Shown here piece by piece: positions 25,732 to 36,442 of a stretch of 41,106 nucleotides of DNA. Position numbers and translations under genes: made by a program. Under the pieces are notes generated by a model that searched no databases, was not told the origin of the DNA, and saw only the letters and a list, made by a program, of their open reading frames with translations. Each line of letters opens with the position of its first letter. The stretch's first letter is position 1. This DNA is from a virus (Duplodnaviria > Caudoviricetes), in the IMG/VR virus record IMGVR_UViG_3300032212_000050, positions 1 to 41,106 of that record, one strand, 5' to 3'.

Positions 25732-27111
25732 ATGGCAAGAGTTAACCCAGCAGCATTACAAACATATCAAGGCGGTGCTTTGGATATTTACGGCAACTTT
25801 GCTAAAGGTCAGCAAATGGGCGCATTAAGGCGTGAGGAAGACCGTAGACAAGAAGAGTTTGAAAGGGAAGGTGCAGACCGTGAGAAAATGCAAGGTATTT
25901 TATCTCAAATGGGAGATGATCCAGACCTTGAAAAAGCGGGCATGATGTTAATGAAATCAGGCAATATAGACGCTGGAAACCAGTTATTGCAAATGGCTAT
26001 CCGTGAAAAAGAATCCGCTTCTGTGCAGGGATTACGGGGCAAGCAAGCACGTGCATTAGATTTAGAAATACAAAATAAGCAGCAGCAACGTAAAAACGAG
26101 CTTATGTATGAACAAGTTACGTCTGAAACAGGTTTGATTGATAGAGCTTTAGAAAACATTTCAGGCATGGAAGATCCAGAGCAAGCCGAGCAGACACTTG
26201 ATAAATTCATGGGTACTATTGATAAGCTTAATGAAAGCAGACAGGGTGCGGGATTAAACCCCATACAAGTACCTAAAGAGCTTAAATCTGGTGATATAAA
26301 CGAGCGCATAGGCATGTTGCAGCAAATGTCAGAGCTTGGGAATGCTAAGATTGAAATGCTTGATTACTTTAAGGGCGAAGATGAAGACTTTACACTTGGC
26401 GCAGGACAAACGCGCTATGATGCTCAAGGTAATATTATTGCACAAGCACCTAGAGGAACAGGAAAAGCACCTACACCACAAACAACATTAGGTAAACTGA
26501 AAGCTGATTATGATTCGGGGTTTATAACCGAAGAACAGTACGATCAACAGGCAGCGGCGGCAATAAAAGAGGAAAATTCTAAAAGAGAAATTATTGACCA
26601 AGGCGGCATTAAATATTATGCAGACACAGGGGAGAAGGTTTTAGGGGATATTAAACCCCCTAAAGGTAAAAAGACCGTTGAGGAAATCAAGGCCGCCAAG
26701 CTTGCAAAGGAGTCTCTTGAAAACCTAGATATTGTTAAAAAAGAATTATTTAATAAGGACGGTAGCATCAAAAGCGGTGTTATCCCCCTGAGTCGTGAAG
26801 CCCCTTTCGGTAAAAGTAGAACTTTCATTCAAGCACTTGAGCGTGCTATACAGAACAGTGTTTACTTAAAAACAGGTGCAGCCGCTCCTGAATCGGAAAT
26901 GAATAGGCTTCTTGACCAGTACATGCCTAACATTATCGACAATAAGGAACAGATTAATAATAAACTAAAAAGCTTTGAGGGATTCTTGCGCAGTAGTTAC
27001 GATCCAGCAGCAGGAACAGAAGGCGCACCACAAGTTGGAGCGGTGCAAGACGGATATATGTTTAAAGGTGGCGATCCATCTAAACCTGAAAGCTGGGAGG
27101 TTGTGCAATAA
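25732..27111 (+). CDS. DNA injection protein (gp20 position)
   Basis: Helical Q/E-rich protein; C-terminal DGY.FKGGDP....SWE; AGGAG RBS before ATG 25732. Confidence 0.7.
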   Translation: MARVNPAALQTYQGGALDIYGNFAKGQQMGALRREEDRRQEEFEREGADREKMQGILSQMGDDPDLEKAGMMLMKSGNIDAGNQLLQMAIREKESASVQGLRGKQARALDLEIQNKQQQRKNELMYEQVTSETGLIDRALENISGMEDPEQAEQTLDKFMGTIDKLNESRQGAGLNPIQVPKELKSGDINERIGMLQQMSELGNAKIEMLDYFKGEDEDFTLGAGQTRYDAQGNIIAQAPRGTGKAPTPQTTLGKLKADYDSGFITEEQYDQQAAAAIKEENSKREIIDQGGIKYYADTGEKVLGDIKPPKGKKTVEEIKAAKLAKESLENLDIVKKELFNKDGSIKSGVIPLSREAPFGKSRTFIQALERAIQNSVYLKTGAAAPESEMNRLLDQYMPNIIDNKEQINNKLKSFEGFLRSSYDPAAGTEGAPQVGAVQDGYMFKGGDPSKPESWEVVQ

Positions 27112-29249
27112 TGGCCGCTCCTTGGGAAGCATATCAAACGCAGACAACAGCAAAGAAGCCGTGGGAAGCTTACGGCGGTGACGCTACCCCTGCGCCTAAA
27201 CCAACACCAACACTCCAAGAGCAAGAAACCCCAGAAACTTATGGTGAGTATGCGCGCGGCTTATCTCGCGCAGCAGGACGAGGTGTTACATGGGGTATGG
27301 CCGAATTGATAGAAGCAGGATTAAAAGCCCCTATATATGCGGCTCGTACTGGTGAAACCCTTGGAGAATCGTATAGTCGTGCACGGGGAATGGGAAAATC
27401 TAAAGCAAAAGAGTTTAAGGAAAAACACCCTTATATAGCAGGTGGCGCAGAGATTGGCGGCGCATTAACATCGGGCATAGGCGCAGCAAAATTAGCTAAA
27501 ACAGCCTTCCCAAAAGCAACGGGAGCATTGCAAGCATATGGAAAAACAAAACCACTCAGAACAACCGCTGGAGTTAGCGCATTATCGGGGGGTGCATATG
27601 CTACAGGAACAGGCGAAGGAAGCTTGGGAAAAAGATTATATGAAGCTGCACCTACTAGCGCGGCTAGTGCCTTACTTGGGACTGGCGGCGTTCTTGTTGC
27701 TCGTGGTGTGGGTAAAGTCGCTAGTGGGGCTTTAAGCAAGAGGGCTAGAAGCATAGATGAACGCTTAGCAAAAGAATCTGGTAGAGAATTTAAACCCGCT
27801 GGGAAAGAAATAACAAAAGTAGTTAATAAGCTTAGAAAAGATTTTCCCGATGATGTTGATTTCAAAAAAGCATTGGAAGAATATTCACAAGAAAGTGGTG
27901 TTTCCTTAGCTGAAATGGGCGGTAAGAATTTAGAAAGCTTGGCAAAAGGTGTTGCGCAATATCCAACTGGTGGAGCTAAAGCAGAGGAATTTGCCAAGGC
28001 AAGGTTAGAGGGTGTTACAGGACGCTTAAAAGAATCTATTTCTAAGTATGTTCATTCAAGCAAAAGCGCACTTGATGATATTGACACTATAGTTGGCGAA
28101 GGTAGAAAAAAAGCTTCACCTTTGTATAAGAAGGCATTCGCAGCTAATAAAGAAGGTATAGTAAGTAAAGAAATTGATCGTATATTAGAAACCCCAGCAG
28201 GGCGCAAAGCTTTAAAGAAAACTGTAGAGGTGATGCAGAATGATCGTAAATTGATGGGATTGCCTGATAAGGAATTAAAAGCCTTACAGCGTGACATGTC
28301 CGCAATCGGCAAGATGGATGAGGTTAGCGGTGCTATTGCCAAAGGTCTAAACCTTAGAACACTAGATCAAGTTAAAAAAGTTTTGGATAACGAGGTTCGA
28401 AAAGCTGGCAATAAAATGGGTAAAAATTATGATCCATTGGTTGAGTCTACGTTAACAGATTTAACTAAATCCCTTAGAAATGCTTTAGATGATGCAGACC
28501 CCAGCGGATTATACAAGGCCGCACGACAAGAGGCTGGTGATTACTTGTCTACAAAGTCTGCAATAATCAGTGGTCGTGATTTCATGAAAAGCAGTGCGGA
28601 GGAAATTAAAAGGCAGATGAAGGGCATGAGTCCATCAGAGCTAGACGCTTTCAAGATAGGAGCAAGCCAAAGAATGCGTGACGGACGAATTAATGAGCTT
28701 GTTAGCGTGTCTGATTTTAAGGTTTCTGGACGCTTGGATGAAGGCCATGAGATGTTAGGAAAGCTTAAAACAATATTAAGTCCTGATGAATTTACAGCCT
28801 TTAACAAGTCTATGAAAAAAGAAGAAAAGCTAATTAAGTTCGTTAATAAAACACTAGGCGGTTCGCCAACGGCAAGTAAGCAACATGCAGCGCAAGAGTT
28901 TGCAGAAAACTTAGGTATGGACACAGTGGAAACAATAACCACAGGCGGCATACAATCAGTCCCAAGGAGGGCTATACAAAGTGCTTTAAGAACTGTAAAT
29001 GTTAATATGACTGATAAATCAGCGTCAAAAGTGGCTGATATTTTGTACGAAACAGACCCGCAAAAGAAGCTTGAAATTATGCAGCAGCTTACAAAAACAA
29101 CTGAGGGACAATTGATAGTTAACGCTGCCGTAGAGTCAATGGAGTCAATTAGGCTTTTGAGCTTAGGTAGACAGGCGATAGAAGAAATTAAGCCTAGCAC
29201 AGTAGGTATAGCAACAGGCGTAACTTTAGGAAGACAAGACAATGATTAG
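27111..29249 (+). CDS. Large DNA injection protein (gp16 position)
   Basis: PWEAY repeats, Gly/Ala-rich region, A.PLY.KAF, GGS.TA. Confidence 0.7.
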   Translation: MAAPWEAYQTQTTAKKPWEAYGGDATPAPKPTPTLQEQETPETYGEYARGLSRAAGRGVTWGMAELIEAGLKAPIYAARTGETLGESYSRARGMGKSKAKEFKEKHPYIAGGAEIGGALTSGIGAAKLAKTAFPKATGALQAYGKTKPLRTTAGVSALSGGAYATGTGEGSLGKRLYEAAPTSAASALLGTGGVLVARGVGKVASGALSKRARSIDERLAKESGREFKPAGKEITKVVNKLRKDFPDDVDFKKALEEYSQESGVSLAEMGGKNLESLAKGVAQYPTGGAKAEEFAKARLEGVTGRLKESISKYVHSSKSALDDIDTIVGEGRKKASPLYKKAFAANKEGIVSKEIDRILETPAGRKALKKTVEVMQNDRKLMGLPDKELKALQRDMSAIGKMDEVSGAIAKGLNLRTLDQVKKVLDNEVRKAGNKMGKNYDPLVESTLTDLTKSLRNALDDADPSGLYKAARQEAGDYLSTKSAIISGRDFMKSSAEEIKRQMKGMSPSELDAFKIGASQRMRDGRINELVSVSDFKVSGRLDEGHEMLGKLKTILSPDEFTAFNKSMKKEEKLIKFVNKTLGGSPTASKQHAAQEFAENLGMDTVETITTGGIQSVPRRAIQSALRTVNVNMTDKSASKVADILYETDPQKKLEIMQQLTKTTEGQLIVNAAVESMESIRLLSLGRQAIEEIKPSTVGIATGVTLGRQDND

Positions 29250-30741
29250 ATTTATTTTAAGTTTATTTATATTTGCTATAAGCACACCAGCATTAGCGGG
29301 TTTGTATGTTGCACCACAATCATTAGAGCAAGACAATAGCGGGTTTTCATGTTCGGGATGCTTGTTGTATTTTTATACAGAAGGCACAACCACACCTAAA
29401 GATACATATCAAGAGAAAGCATTAACTACACCACACACCAATCCAGTTGTGGCAGACAGTGCAGGGCGTTTTGATCCAATCTATATGGATGGTCTTTACA
29501 AGGTTATTCTAAAAGATTCTGCGGGTGTCACTATTTGGTCAGAGGATAATTATTCTACTGGTGCTAGTTCTGATTTCTTTGGTGAAACAGAAACAATAAC
29601 GGCTACTACTGCAATAGATTCTACATATGAGAAGAAACATTTAAGAATTACTAATACAGTTAGCTTGAATCTTCTGTCAGTAGCAACAGCAGGTGAGGGG
29701 TTTCAGCTTTCATTAATTAATGATGGGACAGGCATAGTAACAATAGACCCTAGCGCGTCAGAGCAAGTGAATGATCTCACAACTTTTAAGGTACAACCAA
29801 AAGGAAGCGGTATCCTTATTAGTAATGGAAGTGAATGGTCGTATATCGACTCTATGGGAACATCGCAAACAACCCCCGCCACAGGGGATATTTTAGCCTA
29901 TGGCACTAATATTCATGACTGGGTAACAACGCTTTCAGGTGATTATACTTTTTCGGGGGATAATATTTTAAGTGGTGATGTTAAATTCCCTGATGAGGGC
30001 GAGTTAACTATTGCTACGGGGGCTATTACTGTAACCGCAGTTAACCATACAGTTGACACCGAAAGCGATGCGGCGACTGATGATCTTGATACAATAACGG
30101 GTGGGAATGATGGACAGATATTAATAATTAGAGCTGAAAATACTGCAAGAACAGTTGTTATTAAAGATGGCACTGGGAATATAGAAACTCCAGACGGCAC
30201 AGATATATTACTAGACAGCACAGAGAAAACTATAACCCTTGAATATGATGCTGCATTAACTAAATGGCTTGTGGCAAGCTCTCCATCTTTAGGTAAGGTT
30301 GTTCAAATCGTAAGCACGTTAGACAGTGCGGTTGCTACAGGCACAACTAACATTCCTTATGATGATACTATCCCTCAAATAACCGAGGGCGATGAATATA
30401 TGACGGTGGCTATAACACCTAAGTTTGCAACATCCACTTTGATTATTGATGTTACTTTTAATTATGCTCAGACAGGCGCAGGTTCTGAAACCAGTGTGGC
30501 ACTATTCCAAGACAGTACAGCTAACGCATTGGCCGCGGTGGTGCAGACGGTTGATACAACTAATTACTCACACCAATTGACATTTCGCCACACGATGACC
30601 TCTGGTACAACATCATCTACAACTTTTAGAGTTAGAGCTGGTGATAATGCTACTGAAACACTAACCTTTAATGGTGTTGGTGGTGCAAGAATATTTGGGG
30701 GTGTCATGGCCTCTAGCATTACAGTAACGGAGTTATATTAA
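29242..30741 (+). CDS. Tail fibre/spike with virion-anchoring N-terminal domain
   Basis: LYFY..GTTTP..TY.......PHTNPVVADS.GR...IY.DG.YKV.LKD. Confidence 0.8.
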   Translation: MIRFILSLFIFAISTPALAGLYVAPQSLEQDNSGFSCSGCLLYFYTEGTTTPKDTYQEKALTTPHTNPVVADSAGRFDPIYMDGLYKVILKDSAGVTIWSEDNYSTGASSDFFGETETITATTAIDSTYEKKHLRITNTVSLNLLSVATAGEGFQLSLINDGTGIVTIDPSASEQVNDLTTFKVQPKGSGILISNGSEWSYIDSMGTSQTTPATGDILAYGTNIHDWVTTLSGDYTFSGDNILSGDVKFPDEGELTIATGAITVTAVNHTVDTESDAATDDLDTITGGNDGQILIIRAENTARTVVIKDGTGNIETPDGTDILLDSTEKTITLEYDAALTKWLVASSPSLGKVVQIVSTLDSAVATGTTNIPYDDTIPQITEGDEYMTVAITPKFATSTLIIDVTFNYAQTGAGSETSVALFQDSTANALAAVVQTVDTTNYSHQLTFRHTMTSGTTSSTTFRVRAGDNATETLTFNGVGGARIFGGVMASSITVTELY

Positions 30742-32924
30742 TGTCTTTAGGATTAGGGTTAAGTATAGGAACTATCACAGGGGCAATACGGTTTACGCCT
30801 TTTAATTTAAGGCAACAATTCTATACCCCAACAAGTACAGCGACAATAGCTTTGTTAGCAAATAACAGGGGTATATTCCCTGACTTCGAACAAACAACAG
30901 GCGCAAATCAACCTAGCGTTTCGGCTGGTGCTATCTCTTTTGACGGCTCTGATTATTACGAAAACAATGCTATCGCTGGCAGTAGCGGTTATCTTGACCC
31001 GACTACAACCCATACTTTACCTGATGGTTTAGGCTCAACATCTGGCAAGGGAATTGCTCCTGTGGGGCTAACTCGTGATAATTCTGGTAACTGGTGGATT
31101 GCTAATTACGGAGGTGGTACTCAACCATCACTTATGCACACTAACAGCTCTTTTACTAAAATTAAAGAAGTTGATCTAAAAGCTATTGATTCTGCAATAG
31201 GTGCTATTCAAGGCATTGTTTATGAGCAAGCCACTGGATATGTCTGGGTTGCCTCTAATGGTGAAGGCAAAATCCGCGTTATTGATGTTGAAAACGAAAC
31301 TAATATTGCAACATTCACAGTTGATGCGCTTCCTAACGGTTTGGCTATAGACGAAGCAAATCAAAGATTCTTTGTCTGGTATGGCACAACCACGCTTAAA
31401 TCCTATAATATGTCCGATGGAAGTTATATTGAAACATTCTCTGGGCTTGGCACTATTAGCGGTGCAGATCATATATTTTATGACGCGGAAACTAATATAA
31501 TCTGGCTGACTGCTGGCGCGGATTCGGCAAATAACGGTAAGCTTTATACTTATTCAATAAATCGTGGCGTGGTAACTAATACCTTTACGCAGACAGACAC
31601 AGACTTCGCTAGATTAAACGGATCTGATGCTATCGAAGCCCCATACTTAGATTTTGCAAACAACAAGCTTTATGTTGCCAATGATGCTTATTATAAAAGT
31701 TCAGGTAATCTACTTAATAACGTTCAAGAATATGATTTTGATGCTTCGTACAAGCGTGCCGTATTTTGGAAAGCCTATACCGAGCTTGAGTATAATACTG
31801 TGCTTAGTGTGAACGCAGTCACAGGCTCAACAAGGGCGTTATGGGTTCTTGGCCGTCCAGTTGATGCGGGTGCAGGTCAAGGGCTTGGTCTGTATATTCC
31901 TGATTCTGGCACAGATGCAACAGGCAACACTTTAAGAATTATAATCCACAATGGAACAACGAGTGAAACCATAGATGTTGCTCTTGATGTTGCTCTCACA
32001 ACAAAGCAACAGCTAGATGTTAAATTTGATTTTGCTAATAAAAGAATTGCAGTTTTGCAAAACGGCGTACTACAAGACACAGGGTATCAAGCCTATAGTT
32101 TAGCTATGACGAGCGTTCTATTCACTAAGTCTGCTATTGCTGCTACGGATACTGGCTCACGGGCTACGGCTATGGTTTTGTATGATTATGCTACGACAGA
32201 TCAAATAAGATCAATAGCCGATAATAACAAGCTAGGTAATTATTGGGCTACTAAGAATAGCTTAACATGGACGGATACTATAACCCCTGCTGCGCTATCT
32301 GATAAGGTTATGTGGCTTAATGCGAATGATAGCGCAACAATTACTGAAAGTGGCGGTGCGGTATCTGCGTGGGTTGATAAATTTAATAATGGTAATAATG
32401 CTTTAGAAGTGACCGCAGCACAAAACCCTATAACAGACAGTACAGCATTAAACGGCAAGAATGTTATTGTTTTCGATGGTGCAGATGACACATTAAAAAC
32501 GGCTGCATTCGCAAGTGAAATAACAGTGCCAAATACAATAATGATAGTTGGAACTAATACTCTTGATGGAGATATGCTTCATGATGGCTTAACCTCAAGC
32601 AAACGTCACGTATTCCAAAATAGTGCTGGGGTTTTGGCCGCGTATGCAGGAACTAATTTAGCAAGCGCAACTGCTCTTGATGCTAACCCTCATGTTTTTG
32701 TTAATACTTTTGGCGGTGTAAGCGATGGTGAAATGCGCCTAGATGGAACATCTATCGCCACAGGCACAACAGGAACGCAAGCCCTAGACGGCCTAACACT
32801 TGGCGCAAGACATAGCGGCGGTGCGAATATTAATGGATATATTGCCGAGGTTGTTATTGGCGATATGAGCGCGGCAGAAAAAGCCCAGATGGAACAATAT
32901 GCAAAACTTTATTGGAGATTATAA
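30741..32924 (+). CDS. Receptor-binding-like virion protein (beta-propeller plus LamG/ConA-like domains)
   Basis: MSLGLGLSIG N-terminus; repeated GL/GI..D...W propeller blades; WL.A.D..TIT..G..VS.W.DK and FDG.DD LamG motif. Confidence 0.7.
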   Translation: MSLGLGLSIGTITGAIRFTPFNLRQQFYTPTSTATIALLANNRGIFPDFEQTTGANQPSVSAGAISFDGSDYYENNAIAGSSGYLDPTTTHTLPDGLGSTSGKGIAPVGLTRDNSGNWWIANYGGGTQPSLMHTNSSFTKIKEVDLKAIDSAIGAIQGIVYEQATGYVWVASNGEGKIRVIDVENETNIATFTVDALPNGLAIDEANQRFFVWYGTTTLKSYNMSDGSYIETFSGLGTISGADHIFYDAETNIIWLTAGADSANNGKLYTYSINRGVVTNTFTQTDTDFARLNGSDAIEAPYLDFANNKLYVANDAYYKSSGNLLNNVQEYDFDASYKRAVFWKAYTELEYNTVLSVNAVTGSTRALWVLGRPVDAGAGQGLGLYIPDSGTDATGNTLRIIIHNGTTSETIDVALDVALTTKQQLDVKFDFANKRIAVLQNGVLQDTGYQAYSLAMTSVLFTKSAIAATDTGSRATAMVLYDYATTDQIRSIADNNKLGNYWATKNSLTWTDTITPAALSDKVMWLNANDSATITESGGAVSAWVDKFNNGNNALEVTAAQNPITDSTALNGKNVIVFDGADDTLKTAAFASEITVPNTIMIVGTNTLDGDMLHDGLTSSKRHVFQNSAGVLAAYAGTNLASATALDANPHVFVNTFGGVSDGEMRLDGTSIATGTTGTQALDGLTLGARHSGGANINGYIAEVVIGDMSAAEKAQMEQYAKLYWRL

Positions 32925-34402
32925 TGATCGAAGTACAAACAGAAGAATTTGCCACAGATGTAGAGGCTATACAATCAGCACATGATTATGCGGTTGCACA
33001 GGGCAAGCCATTATATTTCCCTGATGGGACTTATGATATGGGAACATCTTCATTTGAAATTGATATGACTAAAATCAACTGGATAGGTGACAAGGTTATC
33101 CTTCAATGGTCGGCTGCTCCTACTCTTGGTTATGGTCTTAGAATTAAAGGCAATGGCACAAGCTATTCTTCACGATACAATATGATGGGTACTGATTTAA
33201 AGGGATTTGCAATAAAAGGTGGCGGTGACGCTTCAAATAACTTCGCTGCCACAGCAATAGAGATTTATGGTGACACGGCAAACACAAATACTTTTAGTAA
33301 GCTTGAGAATGTAGCTATTCAGGGCTTTGATACGACACTCAAGTTTTATGATGATGTTTGGTTCTTCACGGCCTCTAATTGCCAATTTCTTTGGGGTAAC
33401 ATTGAAACTCCTAGCACAATAGCTAACTTTGGCGAGAACATGAAGTTTGATAATTGCTTTATTGGTGATGCTTCTGCTAGACCGAATGTATTAAATCATG
33501 GCTCTTGGTCTTTTGACAAATGCTCCTTAGATAATAATAATCTAACAATCAATAATGCCTCTAGGGTGTCTATATCAAATAGCCATTTAGAGAATCCCGC
33601 AAGCGGTAATACGACTTATCGTTACATTACCATTAGTGATGAAGCGTGTGTATTTATTGATGGCTCTAACTTTATACATAACAAGCCAAGCGCGGGAATT
33701 AGAACAATACCTCTATTTGATAATAATACTATTGGTGGTGGCGGTATATTCTTATCACAATGCCAACTTGCAAATTGGTCACATGAAACAAATTACGACA
33801 CTCTTGCGAGCGAAAATCACTATGTATTGCAGTCTGGCACAGGCTATATAAGTGCAAAACAATGTTCTACAGTATCAATGAGTAACTCCAATTCAATAGC
33901 TTTAGGTAAAAGCGCGAATGTTCTTGAGAATGCTGATTTCGAAGCAGGTGCAAAGGGCTGGGAAGAAGGCAATACAACAGGTGGTGTAGCTAATAATATT
34001 ATGTCTGTAACGACAGCCGAGAGCTATACAGGAACACAAAGCCTTAAAATGGAAAGCACATGGCAATCTGGTGGTGAAGCTATTACACCAGTTATGAATG
34101 TTCTAGCGTCTGTTAAGCCTAATGATATTGTTGTGGGCGGTATCTGGCGCAAAGGTGATTTTTATAGTGGAGTAGGTAGAAACATCTTTTCTTTAAGGTT
34201 TTACAATAAGCAGGGGGAACAAGTTGGCTCTGATTCCCATTTCTCGCAAAGAACAGCAACACATGACTGGGAGTATAAATCATTTATAGAGCGTGTACCT
34301 GCTGGTGCTTGTTACTGCGGAGTTGTTTTGAGTGTGGGCGTAAGTAGTGGCGTTGTCATAGCCTATCTTGATGAAGTATTACTTAACGTTATCGAGGGAT
34401 AA
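32924..34402 (+). CDS. Tailspike-like beta-helix depolymerase with C-terminal carbohydrate-binding-like domain
   Basis: D..AIQ.A.D......LYFP.GTY (pectate_lyase_3 start); N.DFE.G..GW...S.TG..SL; TAATG coupling. Confidence 0.75.
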   Translation: MIEVQTEEFATDVEAIQSAHDYAVAQGKPLYFPDGTYDMGTSSFEIDMTKINWIGDKVILQWSAAPTLGYGLRIKGNGTSYSSRYNMMGTDLKGFAIKGGGDASNNFAATAIEIYGDTANTNTFSKLENVAIQGFDTTLKFYDDVWFFTASNCQFLWGNIETPSTIANFGENMKFDNCFIGDASARPNVLNHGSWSFDKCSLDNNNLTINNASRVSISNSHLENPASGNTTYRYITISDEACVFIDGSNFIHNKPSAGIRTIPLFDNNTIGGGGIFLSQCQLANWSHETNYDTLASENHYVLQSGTGYISAKQCSTVSMSNSNSIALGKSANVLENADFEAGAKGWEEGNTTGGVANNIMSVTTAESYTGTQSLKMESTWQSGGEAITPVMNVLASVKPNDIVVGGIWRKGDFYSGVGRNIFSLRFYNKQGEQVGSDSHFSQRTATHDWEYKSFIERVPAGACYCGVVLSVGVSSGVVIAYLDEVLLNVIEG

Positions 34403-34403
34403 A

Positions 34404-34781
34404 ATGGAAGATGTAGAAAAGCTAAATAAAGAGGTTAAATCTCTTAATGTTAAGGTTGAGGTTGCTAACGCTCACCAACAGCATATATCAGATAAGCTTG
34501 ATGAAATAGCTGAAACACTCAAGATAAGCGCAGAAAACACAACTCGATTGTTTACAGGCCACGAGGTTAGGATCTCTAAACTTGATGATAAATCAGGCTA
34601 TCATCAAAAAAAAATAGATTTGTTACAATCACAGGTTAAAGAAGCAAAAGATGATGTTATTGTGGTTGATAGGCGAGTTGACAATATCGTCAATCGTGCT
34701 ATAGGCTGGTCAAGTGGCTTGGCAGTAAGTACAAGTGCGTTATTGCTAGGAATTGGTAAAGCACTAGGATTAATAACATGA
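34404..34781 (+). CDS. Coiled-coil protein with C-terminal TM helix (lysis-region membrane protein)
   Basis: Heptad pattern plus hydrophobic tail; directly upstream of the endolysin. Confidence 0.55.
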   Translation: MEDVEKLNKEVKSLNVKVEVANAHQQHISDKLDEIAETLKISAENTTRLFTGHEVRISKLDDKSGYHQKKIDLLQSQVKEAKDDVIVVDRRVDNIVNRAIGWSSGLAVSTSALLLGIGKALGLIT

Positions 34782-35338
34782 GCAAAGACCTTGAAAATAA
34801 GATTATTTCCAAAATAATAGACATTGAGGGCGGTTATTCAAATAATCCTAACGATAGTGGTGGCGAAACTAAATACGGTGTTACAGAGCGAGTAGCACGC
34901 AATCATGGCTACACTGGTTTAATGAAAGACCTGTCATACGATTTTGCATATACCGTGTATAAAATGGATTATTGGGATAAGATGCGCTTATCTGAAATAT
35001 CTGAAATATCTGAAATGATTGCGGAGGAAATAGCTGATACAGCAATAAATACAGGAACGTCAAGGGCTGGAAAAATTCTACAAAAATCACTAGATGTTTT
35101 TAACAACAGGCAAAAGCTTTACCCTGATTTAAAAATTGATGGGATCATAGGCATTAGAACAATTCATGCATTTAAAGCATATATGGATTATAGGGGTGAT
35201 GAAGGTGAGATTGTTTTGTATAATATGTTAAATTGCCTACAAGGTGCGTTTTATGCTAAATTAGTAAACAGACGCGAAAAAGATGAAGAATTTATGTATG
35301 GCTGGATTAAAAATCGCGTGGTTATAAGAAAGGATTAA
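34778..35338 (+). CDS. Endolysin, glycosyl hydrolase family 108 with PG-binding domain
   Basis: EGGYSNNPNDSGGETKYGVT, Y..DYW, DTAINTG, DGIIG..T, F.YGW..NR. Confidence 0.95.
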   Translation: MSKDLENKIISKIIDIEGGYSNNPNDSGGETKYGVTERVARNHGYTGLMKDLSYDFAYTVYKMDYWDKMRLSEISEISEMIAEEIADTAINTGTSRAGKILQKSLDVFNNRQKLYPDLKIDGIIGIRTIHAFKAYMDYRGDEGEIVLYNMLNCLQGAFYAKLVNRREKDEEFMYGWIKNRVVIRKD

Positions 35339-35342
35339 TACA

Positions 35343-35594
35343 GTGGCTAAGAAAAAAGAGGTTGGTGGATTAGTGTTTAGGCAAGGCGTTTCTTATGCTG
35401 GTGGTATTGCTATGGGTGTAGCTATTACCAAATACGGAATATCCGAGGATACTTTAACAAGCTTACTTGAAAACACAGAAAGCATACTTAGTATTGTATT
35501 GTTGTTTGTGGCCAGCGCATTGTCATATTTACAGAAAAAGAATAAGAACAAAGAAATTGAAGCTATTGAAAAAAAGGTTAAATATAATGATTAA
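35343..35594 (+). CDS. Putative holin (two TM segments, basic C-terminus)
   Basis: Hydrophobic segments, QKKNKNK tail, follows the endolysin. Confidence 0.65.
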   Translation: MAKKKEVGGLVFRQGVSYAGGIAMGVAITKYGISEDTLTSLLENTESILSIVLLFVASALSYLQKKNKNKEIEAIEKKVKYND

Positions 35595-35892
35595 AAAAGT
35601 CACTCTGCTTGCTAGTGTTTTGCTTATTTCTGGTTGCTCTATTACTGCGCAGAATTGTTTTAAAACCGTGGCTGTTACTGATTTGACGATTAAGAAAGCG
35701 GCTGAAACAGTTACTATGTCAGCTAATGGTGATATTGCCAGTGTAGGGGATCATGAAAACGCGGCTAAGGTAATAAAGGCCGCACGTAAATTAACAGACG
35801 AAGCCGCACCTTTTTGTATTGGTGATAAGTTTGATAAAGAGCAAGCGTTTAGTATGCTTGGTGAAGTTAATGACATGATAATGGGATTGTAA
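35587..35892 (+). CDS. Lipoprotein (lysis accessory/spanin-like)
   Basis: MIKKVTLLASVLLISG-C lipobox. Confidence 0.7.
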   Translation: MIKKVTLLASVLLISGCSITAQNCFKTVAVTDLTIKKAAETVTMSANGDIASVGDHENAAKVIKAARKLTDEAAPFCIGDKFDKEQAFSMLGEVNDMIMGL

Positions 35893-35895
35893 GCT

Positions 35896-36141
35896 ATGAG
35901 TAATAAAGCAGAAAAAGTATTAAATGATATCCTTGAGAATAAAGAGGTTATTACAATGAGTTTGAGCCTAGCTCTTTCTTTGATTCAGTACGGCTCTGAA
36001 ATGCTTAAAACCATAACAGATAAAGAGCTGTCAGAAGATGAGCTTTTAGAGTTGATAGAAAAGTACAAAGGCTCACGTGATAAGGCTATAAACGACATGG
36101 ACGCTGCAATAGCTGCACAGAAGGTACGTAAATCACAGTGA
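35896..36141 (+). CDS. Hypothetical helical protein (lysis region)
   Basis: ORF in operon. Confidence 0.6.
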   Translation: MSNKAEKVLNDILENKEVITMSLSLALSLIQYGSEMLKTITDKELSEDELLELIEKYKGSRDKAINDMDAAIAAQKVRKSQ

Positions 36142-36341
36142 AGATTTCAATCCCAAAACTGCATAGCATTGAATATAAATCAGGCATAACCGCTAGTAAT
36201 ATTCATATGCACCCGAAAACTTACAGTAATATAGATAATCTCATTTATGCCATGCGTGATGCTATAGACACTCATGCTGTTAATATGAGTCGTGCTGAGA
36301 TAGTGGGCGCGATGGAATATGTAAAGGCTGATTTTATATAG
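36138..36341 (+). CDS. Hypothetical protein
   Basis: GTGA overlap; last gene before the terminator. Confidence 0.5.
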   Translation: MKISIPKLHSIEYKSGITASNIHMHPKTYSNIDNLIYAMRDAIDTHAVNMSRAEIVGAMEYVKADFI

Positions 36342-36342
36342 C

Positions 36343-36380
36343 AAAAACCCCTGCTAGTGTTAATTAGCAAGGGCTTTGTT
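36343..36380. terminator. Bidirectional intrinsic terminator between convergent operons
   Basis: AAAAA-CCC-cTGCTAG...TTAGCAa-GGG-cTTTGTT. Confidence 0.6.
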
Positions 36381-36442
36381 ACGCAGTTAAGGTCTTAGAG
36401 TTCCTTAGCATTTCATAATAATGATTTGCAAGGGCATTATAG

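Noticed and set aside
27431-29242. Long minus-strand ORFs (27431-27997, 28541-29242; likewise 15149-15673)
   Set aside because: Antisense shadows of well-supported plus-strand structural genes.
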